Shown: positions 12,961 to 24,974 of the stretch, one piece after another
Position numbering within the stretch: position 1 is the first letter of the stretch
How the letters are laid out: each line of letters starts with the position of its first letter
Assembly (NCBI GenBank): GCA_030704615.1
Contig: CM060731.1
Span: 31,248,001 to 31,312,000 of the forward strand
DNA length: 64,000 nucleotides
Direction: 5' to 3'
From: Takakia lepidozioides
Taxonomy: Eukaryota > Plantae > Bryophyta
Translations under genes and position numbers: made by a program
The notes under the pieces: model-generated
The model's database searches: none
Told to the model about the DNA's origin: nothing
What the model saw: the letters and a program-made list of their open reading frames with translations, nothing else

Positions 12961-13624
12961 CCGGTCATGAACATGTCCCTAACCCCCTCTCCACAAGGTA
13001 ACCGGGTAGAGAACCTGTTGCGGCTTATGGTTTGGAATACTAAGTTCCTAACATAGCCTACACCTGTACCTGCATCCACCGCAAGCACTCCTATGGTTGG
13101 CTGGTCATCACCTCCAACCTCACCACAGGAGAAACAATGATGGTCTGGCTGGTCATCACCCCAGCCTCACCATCGACAGCATGCTCTAGGACTGGCCGGT
13201 GATCAAATCCGGACCAATCACCTATAAAAACAAGCGCCCACACAAAACTAGCATGGCGCACAGTCAAGCATGCAGGTATGGAGGGGATCCAACACAAGAA
13301 ATCAGAACGACAACTCCCCCACACCAAAAACAACTCCACGGTGTTGCTCCTGCAAGGACACCCCAGCCCAAACCCGACTGACTCTTGCCTCCACCTACGG
13401 AAAGGTCTTGGCCTAATGAGAGGGTGGAAACTACGAGGAAGAGAAGCTAAAGCAATGCCTAACCCCAGCATGCCTCATCCCAACACTCTTCCTCTCCTCT
13501 CTTCCCTCACTTGCATGACCATGGGAATATCATGAAGATACTCCTCAAACCGCCCTCCACGAGCTTCAAAATTCGGCCTTCCAGACCACATGCCAGTCCT
13601 TAGGCAGTCCACCAGTGCCTCCAC

Positions 13625-14292
13625 GAGTCAGCACAGCCCGTCACAGCCCCACAGGCCACTGGGCACAGCCAGTCACAGCCCCGCACAGCCCTCACAGCCC
13701 CAAAGGCCACGGGCACAGCTTGTCACAGCCCGTCACAGCCCGTCACAGCCCCAAAGGCCTCAGGCACGGCCTGTCACAGCCCCTCACAGCCTCAAAGGCC
13801 TCAGGCACGGCCTGTCACAGCCCCTCACAGCCCATCACAGCCCCAAAGGCCATGGGCACAGCCTGTCACAGCCCCTCACAGCCTGTCACAGCCTCAAAGG
13901 CCTCAGGCACGGCCTGTCACAGCCCCTCACAGCCATCACAGCTCCAAAGGCCATGGGCACAGCCTGTCACAGCCCCGCACAGCCCGTCACAGCCCCACAA
14001 GCCACTGGCACAGCCTGTCACAGCCCCTCACAGCCCCAAAGGCCACGGGCACAGCCTGTCACAACCCCACAGGCCTCAGGCACGGCCGACACAGCCCATC
14101 ACAGCCCCAAGGCCTCAGGCACGGCCTTCACACAGCCCGTCATAGCCCGTCACAGCCTCAAAGGCCTCAGGCACGGCCTGTCACAGCCCCTCACAGCCCA
14201 TCACAGCCCCAAAGGCCATGGGCACGGCCTGTCACAGCCCCTCACAGCCCATCACATCCCCAAAGGCCATGGGCACAGCCCGTCACAGCAGC
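13625..14292. repeat. Compound minisatellite (GTCACAGCCC / CAAAGGCC subunits) in the retrotransposon 5' leader
   Basis: Dozens of (T)CACAGCC copies with higher-order units. Confidence 0.9.
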
Positions 14293-15727
14293 CCATCCAT
14301 GGCCGCTCTGGCAGTTTAGCCATTTCTCCAAGGGGTTTAGCCACGCCAAGCTAGGGTTTGTGTCTCTTGGACTCTAGGCTTCTTTCCACCGAGCTATGGC
14401 GGCTGTGAGGAAATCAGCAAGGTATTCTTGCTCTTTCGGCTCCCACACACCACCATAGTAGCCCTAAGCCATGAGGTGGTTGCCACAAACCAAGCCTTCT
14501 TTCTCACTTAGCCTCCCCAAACACGCCACTAAACTCAATGGCAAACAACCAAGCCCTGCTGGTTCCCAGCCCTTGTGAGCGTTCATTCAAGCACTCTCCT
14601 TGGCCATAGCATCTGTCTTAGAGCCTATTCCAGCCCCCTACACCTGCTGCTTCAAGAGTTGCGCTCCCTTCAAGCTTGAAGTTGAAACCCCAACTCACAT
14701 AGGCCCTACAAGTGCTTTTCTTTCACTCCAAGTGGAAACCAGCCCTAGACCTTCCGTTCTAGCTCTCTAAAGCTTGAAAACAAGAGCCTCAATGGGCTGA
14801 AGGCATGCTCCACACATGCCCCACTCTCACCATAAGAGAATCAACTCCTTTGCTTCATTTCTTGCACCCACAAACTTGAAAATACAAGCTTCAGCAGGTT
14901 GAAAGCATGCTCCACATGCCCTACAGGGAAACCAGCCCCTTCCTTCCTTTCTTGCACTCCCACACCTGAAAGTGCAAGCCTTCACCAGGCTGATAGCATG
15001 CTCCACACATGCAACCTCTTCACACAAGAGATATCAGCCCCCTATCTTGGCTCCTTGGTTCCTTGATGCTCTCTAAGACAAGACTAAGCACTCCACAGCC
15101 TTTGCCAAGCTCCTGAAACCCTAAGGCTTACATTTCCAGCCACAAGACACTTCTCTTGTGGTGCAAGAACTCTTCTTCCAAGCTCTGAAACCCTAGGTGC
15201 ACATTCCATGGCCTTGCCGCACCTCTTAGCTCCTGTTCCAGCCCTGCTCTCGCCATGACAAGAGCCCTCTCAATGCTGAAGCTCGAGATTGAAACCCAAT
15301 CTCACCATACTCCACAAAGTGCACTGATTTGCCCCAAGCCAAATCAGCCCTTTCGCTTGGTCTTGCAATCCTTCACACAATGAAAGCTCGCATTCCCAAG
15401 TGCAGTTCTCAGCTTTGCCACCAAAGCCACTATAACCTGCTCTTGACTGGTCCTCTTCCCAATCGTGCTTGCTCATGCATGTACACAATCTGAAACCATC
15501 AAGGTGCTCTAGAATTACCTGCAGTATGGTGCTTTCATCTCTGAAGCTGAAGATCGAATGTCAAGGTTTACCACCTCGTAACCCACATCGCCTCCGCTTC
15601 TAACAACCAAGAGCTCCACGGTGCTCCTTGCATAACAACTTGGTTTCTCTCATTCTCAAGCAAAAACCACAAGTGCTACAACTAACTCGTATCTAGCACT
15701 CATAGATACGAGCTGATCTTTCTCAAG

Positions 15728-16030
15728 TGATAAAGAAGAAGAATACAAGCACAAGCTCATGCGAACTCACAAAGCTGAAGCATAAACTCATGCATATATA
15801 ACCTCATCACTCAAATACAAGTCAAGCCAAGTGCACCCCACGCCATGGGGAATCCACACTACGGCGCCATAGCTAGGCGCGGTGAGGCTCAACTCGAGAA
15901 AGATGAGCCTTCCGCGCTTGCCATGAAGATAACCACTCCAGGGCCTAAATCTGCCTTGACCCCTGGATTGACACTTGGGCCAATCCCAAATGTCAATATG
16001 TAAAAGCTAGCTATTTCCTAGCTAGTTTCA
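15728..16030 (-). repeat. 5' LTR (~303 bp)
   Basis: Minus strand starts TGAAAC and ends TTATCA; outer boundary inferred from CA end and CACTA flank. Confidence 0.75.
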
Positions 16031-16149
16031 CACTAGTGGTAAAATAACTTGACAAGTTGATGAACTGTAACCATCGAAAAATTGAAAGGGTTAGGCTTTC
16101 TTTTGAGACAACTGATAAACACACCAAACTCTCGAATAACAAACACCCA

Positions 16150-17181
16150 AAGCATCGGCCACCACGTTGTCTTGTCCCGGTTTGTACCGGATATCCACGT
16201 CGAACACCGCCAAAGTATCTTGCCACCTAAGTTGTTTTGGGGACAACTTGGGCTGCGTGGCAAAATACTTCACCGTGACATTGTCCGTGAACACCTTCAC
16301 TGGGTTGGAACCAACATAGTGGCGCCAAAGCTCAAGATAGTGTACCACCGCCTTCATCTCTTTCTCGTGCGTCGGCCACCGTCGCTCCACTTCATTCAGT
16401 TTCTTACTTTCATAAGCCACTGGACGTCCATCTTGCATCAGTACACCCCCAATCGTGAAGTCCGACGCATCTGTATGTATCTCGAACGGACGATCGAACT
16501 CCGGGATTTTCAAGACTGGAGCTTCCGCCATCCGCTGCTTCAATTCAGCAAAAGCCTGGCCACAAAAGGTGTTCCATGCCCAGACTTTAGATTTACAGAG
16601 AAGGTCTGACAGCGGCCCCGCGATTTTGGCAAAATTTCTCACATATTTCCGGTAATAGGAGGCGAGTCCTAGGAAGGATCGCACTCCCGGGACCGAAGTC
16701 GGAGGCTCCCAGTCCAAAATTGCCCTCACCTTCCTGTCATCCATTCTAATCCCATCCTGTGTAATCACATGCCCTAGGAACTCCACTTTTGTGACCCCGA
16801 ATTCGCACTTTGAAGCTTTGGGATACAACTTCCCTTCCCGCAATTTCTGGAACACCTTTTTGAGGTGCTCCAGGTGCTCCTCCTTTGTTTTCGAATACAC
16901 CAAGATATCGTCGATGTACACGATCACAAAATCATCCAACCACTCCTGGAAAAGGGGCTGTTCATCAGCGTGCTAAATGTCGCTGGTGCATTGGTGAGCC
17001 CAAAAGGCATCACCAAGAACTCATATGAACCATACCTTGTCCTGCACGCGGTCTTCTCCTCATCTCCTTCCGCCACCCGAATTTGATGATAGCCGGAGCG
17101 CAAGTCGATCCGGCTGAAATACTTCGCTCCTGCCAACCGATCGAAGAGGTCGTCGATCCTTGACAAAGGGTACCGGTTTTT
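16150..17181 (-). mobile_element. Second Ty3/Gypsy fragment, RT-RNaseH only
   Basis: [53 protein letters not shown]; truncated at both ends. Confidence 0.9.
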
Positions 17182-19245
17182 TATCCTGGAGATACATAGA
17201 GAAGTCCCTTGAAATAAAGTAAGTCATCTTTGAATTCAAAATCGTTTGTAACATGTGGGTTGTCTCGAGGTCGATTTAGTTGACTTCGTAGTGTCGTAGC
17301 AAATTGGTCGTTCTTCGGTGCTTCCTGAATCTCCTTTATGATATCTGTATCGTCATAGGTGGACATGGATAGCATATTCAAATGGAGATTTGCTGGTTTC
17401 AAGATGATGGATTTTTGTTGGTCAAAAGCTGCATCCCCTTCTTTTGGCGCAAGATACGATCGTCGAGAAAGAGCATCTGGTTTTCCTTGAAGATGTCCGG
17501 GACGGTAGGTAATAACAAAATCAAACCTTGCGAGTGACATACTCCATCTCGCTTGACGCCGATTCAAAATACGAGCACTCATAAAATATTCGAGGTTTTT
17601 GTGATCGGTAAAGATAGTGACAGGATGTTTAGCTCCCTCCAATAGATGACGCCACTCCTCAAAAGCATCGATAATCGCTAGAAGTTCTTTGTCATGGATT
17701 TCATAATTGATCTCCGCAGCGGAAAATTTGCAAGAACGAAAACCAACAGGGTGGAGTCGGCCATCTGTACCGTATTGAGAGAGTACTGCGCCAAGTGCAA
17801 AGTCCGATGCATCTGCTTCCAAGAAGAATGGTTTAGATGGGAGTGCATGTACCAGTATTGGAGCCGTTGTAAATGCCTGCTTCAGCCTTTCAAATGTCTG
17901 GTCAGCCTTATCGTCCCATACAAATTTGTCCTTCCATGTGAGTCGTATCAATGGTGCAGCAATTTTGGAGTAGTCATTGATGAAGATTCTATAGAAATTT
18001 GCAAAGCCCAGAAAACATTGTACATCTCGGACCGAAGTTGGTTTAATCCACTCGATGATGGTTTGTATTTTTTCTGATCCATAAAGACGTCTTTGTCGGA
18101 AATAATGTAGCCCAGAAATTCGACCTCAGATTGATGGAAAAGACATTTCTCCAACTTGGCATATAATCCTCTTTCTCTTAATTTATCAAGGACAAGGCGT
18201 ACATGGTGGCCATGTTCTTCTTCATTCTGTCAAAATATCAAAATGTCGTCCAAATAGATGACTACAAAGTCATCTAAAAATTCTCGAAAAATGTCATTCA
18301 TCATATGTTGGAAAATTGCTGGAGCATTTGTAAGACCAAAAGGCATAACATTGTATTCAAAATGTCCATACCTTGTTCGAAAAACTGTTTTCCATTCGTC
18401 TCATTCTTTTATTCGTACAAGGTTATAAGCTCCTCTCAAGTCAATTTTGGTGAAAATCTTCGCTCGTCCTAGCTGGTCGAGAAGCCCAGAAATCAGCGAC
18501 AACGGTAACGATTCTTGATTGTGACTTTGTTGATACCGCGATAGTCGATACACATGCGTAATGATCCGTCCTTCTTTTTCACAAACAGGATAGGCGCCCC
18601 CGCGGGTGATTCTGAATGTCAGATGAAGTGCTTCGACAAATTTTCATCAATGTATTCACGTAATGCAGCCAACTCCGTCTGGGATAAGTTATAGATTGGG
18701 CCGAATGGTGATTGGGCTCCTTCTTGTAACTCAATTGCACAGTCATAAGGTCGATGTTCTAGCAATATGTCTGCATTTTTCTTCTCGAAGACATCTTTGA
18801 AATCTTGATATTGAACAGGTAATGTTGAAGTACCTTTGTCTGTTGTGGTCTTGATCGGAGTCGCATAAAGTGCAAATGCCGTTTTTTTTTTTTGTAGCTC
18901 TCATGAAAGCTCTAGCTCCAAAGAACAGGGGTTGAATACCTTTGATAGTTCTATATTTTTGTCTTGCAGAAATTTTTCGCGATCGCCAGTCGATGTCGGG
19001 ATTGTGAAGTACGAACCAGGGAAGTCCAAGGATCACATGATTCGTTGGAGACTGGATGACATTGAAAACAATATGTGATGCTTGATCTTTAAGCTTCACT
19101 TCAAGTGGTCGAGTCTTATGGTCCACATTTCTTGATGCTAACGGTCGTCCATCGATGACTTCAACGGGGGCCGAGAGTTTCTTCTTTACGAGCATTAAAT
19201 TGTGTTGTTTGGTGCCGTAGTAGCAGTGACATGATGCGTCGTCGA

Positions 19246-20013
19246 TCATCCAGATCGTTTCTCTTGACGTCTTTCGAACAAACGATTATCGCATGCAATG
19301 ACTTGGGTGATGAATTCACTCAGTGTGCTCATGTTTGGCATTGTCAGCAATAAATCTTTTACATCATCTTTTAGTCCATATCGAAACTGACTAATGAAGC
19401 TCTTCTCATTCCAGTCGAGGTCGCACGCAAGTTGTCGAAATTCGGCAGCATAAACGGAAGCAGGACGTGTTCCTTGTCGAAGATTTCGCATCTTTGTTTC
19501 TGCAACTCTCTCTCTATCATTCTCTCCAAACGTTGCAGTGAACTCGGACATGAATGCTTCAAAATTACATAGCAAATGCGAATTTTTTTCTAATAGCGGT
19601 GCAAACCAAGATAGGGCAATGCCTGATAGAAGGGTGCCCACGAATCCTACCTGAACACCTTCATCGGGGTAATGTTGTGGATGTAGTTGTAGAAACAGTC
19701 GTACTTGTTGAACAAAACCGCGAAATCTTGATCTCGTTCCATCAAATTTCTCGGGCATGCTGATCTTTGGTTCTCTCGTAATCTGTTGAAGATGAACCGT
19801 TGCAGTATGAGCTGTTGCAGTAGGGACTTGTATGGTTGAAGATCCATTGTTCGACTCCTTTAACTCTGAAATTTGTTGTTGCAAATTGTAGAGAGCGTTG
19901 TCAAGATCTTGAGACTGATCAGCTTGCAATTGGGCGGTAGAGGTACGAAGTTCTTGCATCTGGAGCTGAAGACTCTGCAATGTGGCGACCATTTCCGCAA
20001 ATGTGTCTTCCAT
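19246..20013 (-). CDS. Gag (Ty3 capsid-like) of Tcn1-like element
   Basis: 255-aa ORF with PEKFDG and LRQG motifs. Confidence 0.85.
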   Translation of the reverse strand: MEDTFAEMVATLQSLQLQMQELRTSTAQLQADQSQDLDNALYNLQQQISELKESNNGSSTIQVPTATAHTATVHLQQITREPKISMPEKFDGTRSRFRGFVQQVRLFLQLHPQHYPDEGVQVGFVGTLLSGIALSWFAPLLEKNSHLLCNFEAFMSEFTATFGENDRERVAETKMRNLRQGTRPASVYAAEFRQLACDLDWNEKSFISQFRYGLKDDVKDLLLTMPNMSTLSEFITQVIACDNRLFERRQEKRSG

Positions 20014-20034
20014 CTTAACTAACTAACGAACAAA

Positions 20035-20050
20035 CTTCAGTCTCGCCAAA
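20035..20050 (-). promoter_or_regulatory. Self-priming PBS (complementary to LTR 20331-20345)
   Basis: Minus-strand TTGGCGAGACTGAAG just after the LTR is the exact complement of minus-strand CTTCAGTCTCGCCAA about 20 nt downstream of the TATA box. Confidence 0.8.
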
Positions 20051-20051
20051 C

Positions 20052-20703
20052 TGTCAAGGACGAGAACATGACTGAACACAAACAAGATATCAAACTAGAG
20101 GTACAAGACTAGGCAAGAAGTCAAGGTCGGCGTGGCCGTATGCACGATGAGTAAATAGAAATCAAGGCGATCTTTATAACAATGAACAAGGGTACAAGAT
20201 ATTGGAACACGACTTGAATACTGGAATGCTGGAAACTGGACTGGAGTACCAGATACTGGAAACTGGGCTAGGGTACTGGGAACTGGACTGGAAAACTGGG
20301 AACTGGAAACAAAAGTAGCTTGAACTGGTGTTGGCGAGACTGAAGAGTGTCCAGTCTCGCCTTCTATATATACTGGCTACTAAGAAGCTTCCCTAAGAAG
20401 CTTCCCCTATGGAGGTTTCTTGCTGGAGAAGTTTCCAAGATTAAACAAAGGTTTCTTGATGGAGAAGCTTCCTTAAACAAATGAGGTATCTTGATGGAGA
20501 AGTTTCCTCCAAAGGAAGCTTCCTGAGCAGTTTCCCAAGTTACTCTTGGTAATTTAGTAAACTCCCGGTAACTTGGTAAGTAATGGTAAATCATGGTAGA
20601 TCATGGTAAATCACGGTAAGTCATGGTAACTTCCGGTAACATGGTAACTTGGTAACTTCTGGTATTTACTCCTGGTAAGTTCTTCTGGGCTATGTCCGTG
20701 ACA
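20052..20703 (-). repeat. 5' LTR of Tcn1-like element
   Basis: TGTCA...TGACA termini, TATA box near 20365-20372, GGTAA-rich internal repeats. Confidence 0.85.
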
Positions 20704-21224
20704 GCGAGTGAATGTTCTCTATTCCTTGAGCAAGAGTGTAGCCCAAGAGGAGGGTACGGTCTATTTGATGTTGTGGCTTCCACCAAAGCCACTGCAGCAA
20801 ATTGTCGAAAAGCACAATACTACATGGTGCATTGATCCACTTGGATTGAAGCCGTAGTGTTGGGCTATCGCATTCTGTTCTATTTTCTATTGCTCTTGAC
20901 AAATCTACCAAGTACACTAGTGTTCTTCGGTTAATCTTAAGTCTGTGGTTAGGGTTTTGGGTGTGAGGATGAGGGAGGAGTGGATCCATTGGTATACCGT
21001 AGACCCGCACAATGTCACGGATATAGCCCAGAGGAACTTACCAGGAGTTATTCTACGAGCCTCTATCTAATGATAGGTGGCCGATATATAAGATTCAGGG
21101 ACATTTCCATGTGTACACGTACAATGCATTATGAAGATTACAGGCCCGGATGTCTCCCGCACAGTGGATCATACGACCTAATCTTGAGAACATCGTAAAA
21201 ACTAGAGGAAGTTTGTGCACAGAC

Positions 21225-21486
21225 CTGTAGCCTGGGATCCATACAAAACGTGTAGCCTTCATGAACAACTTCAAAAGTTCTTCTTGTTTCTCAAATACTT
21301 TTATTCCAAGCTCGTAGCTAGCGCCAAAGGCTGTGCGAGCAATAATATCTGCTGTAACAGTTCCAAGCTGGTGGTATGCTTCGATCTCAGCTTCACCGGA
21401 TTTGGAATCATTCACACCGTCTCTTGATGTGGCCGCGGCTTCTGAGCCAAACACTTCATGTTCGAATCAAAATGCCCCTCAGAGTT
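21225..21486 (-). pseudogene. Cytochrome P450 (CYP72-clan) exon fragment
   Basis: EIEAYHQLGTVTADIIARTAFGASYELGIKVFEKQEEL...IPGYR followed by GT donor; abutted by a CACTA end. Confidence 0.8.
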
Positions 21487-22982
21487 CACTACAGGGAAAG
21501 GGCGGGTTTTCCACGCCGCGGCGTCGTAAAACAGCCCTTTTCGGGTAGGGGGGAAGAACCAAATTTAGGACGCCCGGGCATCGCAAGGGTGTCGCCAAAA
21601 AAACATCGCAAATTTGCGACCAATAGGGTCGCAAATAGGCGAAACCGCAATTTGCGACGCCGACGCGATTTGCGACGCACCGTCCGGGGGTCGCAAAGTG
21701 CAACGCCCGGACGTCACAATATAAGGGGTTACATTTGAATTTAGGCGAGAAAATTTGAATTTCAAAAACTTGTTAACCATTGACTCCGGCGTTGACCATT
21801 GACTCCAGTTCTGTCTAATGGCGATATGTTCATTGTTCTACATATATCATGCAATGCATACTTGAACCTAAGACCTCCACATTATAACATTTCTAATACA
21901 CTACAAACTAAGTAACACACCTACGCTACATCTATGTATCACAAAAGCAATCTATATATATATATATATACATATAAAGATTTCCTTCAAGTTCCTTCAA
22001 GTTCCCCGGTGTCTCTCTTGTGACGCCGGGAAATTGTAACTTCCACAGCCTTAGTGCCCAGCCCCAGCCCCAGCCCCAGCCCCAGCGTCGTCGCCGCTGT
22101 TGCCCCCCCACCGCTAGGCGCCCTAAACGACGTCCTTGTGATGACCTAAGCTGACCACAACACCATTGCGACCCCCTGTGGCGACTCCGTTGTGACCCCC
22201 TGACGTCGCAACGTTGGGCGTCCCAATGCAAGGCGCCCCCAGCAACGCTTTTGTGAAATTGAGGGCCATAAAGCCCAAAAAGAAAAACAAAAAAACAAAC
22301 TCCCATTGTGGTGATGCTGTTGCGACGCCCTGGTGTCGCAGAGGCGCTGGGGCGCCCTTAGTGACGCTTTTGCGACGCCGAGGCGTCGCATCATTTTTTA
22401 ATTTTTTTTAAAAATAAATTTCCGACGTCGGGGTGTCGCAAGAACAAAAATCCGTCATCCGAGCTCCACTCCACAGCCTCGCCAGAATTTGAGAGAGACG
22501 TCAACTGGAAGCACGTCAAGCACCCTGCCACGACCTCCAAGCTTAACTTTCGTTAGTATGATTTCTCGTAAATTAGCCCCTCGATAATCTCGGCTTCATA
22601 CGCTGCTTTTTGGAGGACTCTCTCATTATTAAGGCTTGGCTTCCTTAGATTTACCAGTTCATTACTGTGTTTTATACATGGTTTCTGGTTCCCCCCACAC
22701 TGCCTACAGTGTGTAACCCTTATGGTGTCACTTGGTGTTTTATTTTTTTCCCCGAATTGGTTATAAAATGAGAAATCCTTTAACCAAAAATAAAAATAAA
22801 AATAAAATAAAAAATCCGTCGCAGCGAGGGCCCTCTTTTCATGCCACCTTACGACGGCTAGGCATCGTAATGGTGTCGCAGCGGGGGATTGCGACACCGG
22901 GGCATCGCAAAAAAACGTCGCAAGCTCGGCGTCGCGGGCTCAGCACCGTGCGGCTGGCGTCGCAAACCCCCTCCTATTTGTA
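21487..22982 (+). mobile_element. Non-autonomous CACTA element, right TIR truncated
   Basis: Starts CACTACAGGGAAAGGG; dense GCGACG/CGTCGC subterminal repeats; homologous in inverted orientation to 54692-55893. Confidence 0.8.
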
Positions 22983-24974
22983 CCCAGGGGGATTCTTGCG
23001 AGGCGTTTGTTGTTCATGGAGAAGCCGGTGGGTCAGGAGCAACACCCGATTGTATGCCAGCACTTGTATGGACCAGACCATTGAGACAACAATCAATGCA
23101 AGAAAGCTTAAATTTGTCGCACAGGAGGACTCTGGATAAGAAGTGGGCCCAATTTTTCTACGAGGCCAATATTCCATTCAATGTCTCGAGGCTTCTTGCG
23201 TTTGTGTTTGCTGTCAAAGCCACGTCTGATTCCAAGTCCACATACACACCTCCGAGTTATCGCGATCTCCGCACAAGATTGCTAGAAGAGGCTATGTCTG
23301 ACCTCACCCAAAAGGTGAATGAGAAGACAGGTGTTTCTCTCCGGAAATATGGAAGCACTATATGTGCGGACGGTTGGAGTTCTGTTACTAATCGACCACT
23401 GTTCAATGTCATGCTGGTCTGTCCTGCGGGGGAACAATTTTTGGGATCCGGTGACACAAGCGGGGAGAGAAAAGATGCACGTTATCAAGTAGGGTTGTTG
23501 ACGAGTTTCATCGATACAATTGGAGCTGATAAAATTGTCCAAATGTACACGGACAATGCATCTAACATGGTTAATATGGCCGATATTTTGATGGTACGAT
23601 ATCCCCATCTATTTTACCAAGGGTGTGCTGCTCATATCTTTGATCTCTTTTTGGAGGATTGGGGAAAAGAATCATGGATGAAATAGCTAGTAAAAATGGC
23701 AAAGTCTGTTGTAACGTTCAGCCGTACACATCACATCCTTCTGGCATTGTTTTTGTAAGCATGAACCCAAATACAGCCTTAAGAACCCGGGTGAAACCCG
23801 CTTTGCCACAAACTTTTTGATGGTGGATCGACTAGTGACTGTGAGGGCGGGTCTGAAGCAAGTGATCATCGACCCTCAATGGGATGCGTATGTGGGCACC
23901 TTACGCGACTCCCGTAAGTCCAAGTCTTTGAGCAGAAGTCGGAGGGTCTGCGCAATCATCCGCTCCGACGATTTTTGGGCGAAATGTGCAAATTTTGTGT
24001 ACATGGTGGAGCCGGTGTTGATTGCTTTGCGGGAGTTTGAGGGAAAACAACCAATAATGGGTAAAGCATGGTTGATATTGGAAAATCTTCAGAAGCACGT
24101 GCAATCCTTGAGGCGTCCTCCATTCTCTATGGACGATGATTTGGCGACAAGGACCGAGGATGCATTTTACGACCGCAAACGGATGGTTCGCACGGACTTG
24201 CATTATGTGGGAGCTTTGTTGAATTCAATCTTATTGGACAATACGGATTTGAGAGACGATGTGGATGCCAAAGCCGGGCTTGTACGGGTTATCATGCAAC
24301 TCGCGCCCTTGAACATGGCAGAACAAGCTTTGTCCGAGTACCAGTGCTTCTCGGATCGCCAGATGATCCAAAAGTAATGAACATGTTGCCACATAAATGG
24401 TGGGATCTGATTGGAGCTGGAGCTTAATCAAGAATGTTAGCTCCCATTGCAAAGCGTATTCTTGCTCAAGTGTGCTCTGCCTCGTCCTGTGAGCGGAACT
24501 GAAGCAGTTACTCGTTTTGTTCACAACAAGATTCGCAAACGGTTGAATCATGCCAGGGCTGACAAATTGGTTTATGTCTACACGAATTGTAGGCTACTGC
24601 GAGAGAGGACAACAAATGACGCATCTGCATGGTACGAGAAGAATGTGTTGTCTGAAGAATCTACCTCAGAGGTAAAATCTAGCAGCAATGATGACACTGA
24701 CGCCGCGAGGGACTCCGACGGTTACGATGGGTCCGATGATGTCAGCAATCCTCCACATGACCCATATGAATTTAATGACGACGATGCTGCAATGCACCCA
24801 TCCTTCGATGACCTTGTTGTTGATGAACTGCAACATGGTGTCATCCCAATTGCGGACCCCATTCCCTCACTGGAGCACACTCTCAACAATGAAGTTGAGG
24901 TCAATTTTCCCCCACCACGAGTTCCACGAACCGCGGGAGATGTGCAGGTCGAATCGTCGGATGATGACAACTAG
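22983..24974 (+). mobile_element. hAT transposase pseudogene (DUF659 region and dimerisation domain)
   Basis: FFYEANIPFN, TPPSY, ADGWS, DNASNM, CAAH..DL, TRFAT.F, WWDL, RILAQVCSASSCERN, KIRKRL; stops and frameshifts. Confidence 0.9.

Larger units (their letters stand above)
6491..16030 (-). mobile_element. Ty3/Gypsy LTR retrotransposon encoding gag-PR-DNMT-RT-RNaseH-IN(truncated)
   Basis: LTR copies 6491-6668 and 15728-15905 (176/178 identical); TG...CA ends; near-TSD CACAA/CACTA; Gypsy domain order. Confidence 0.9.
6313..16054. mobile_element. Possible short solo LTR (6313-6490 + 16036-16054) interrupted by the DNMT-Gypsy insertion
   Basis: TGTCG at 6313 ... TGACA ending 16054, AGTT on both outer flanks, CACTAG-rich content on both sides of the insertion. 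Confidence 0.35.
17182..20703 (-). mobile_element. Tcn1-like chromoviral Gypsy element (5' LTR, gag, PR, RT, RNaseH), 3'-truncated at start of integrase
   Basis: gag EPKISMPEKFDGTRSRFRGF..LRQGTR; RT YLDDIL; RH EADASDFA, NYEIHDKELLAI, TDHKNL, RQARW; LTR with TGTCA/TGACA ends. Confidence 0.9.

Noticed and set aside
13590-14354. 254-aa and 176-aa plus-strand ORFs
   Set aside because: Products of a stop-free minisatellite antisense to the retroelement
20704-20800. Further P450 exon (WLWWKP...)
   Set aside because: Wrong order and splice phase relative to the 21225 exon; similarity too short
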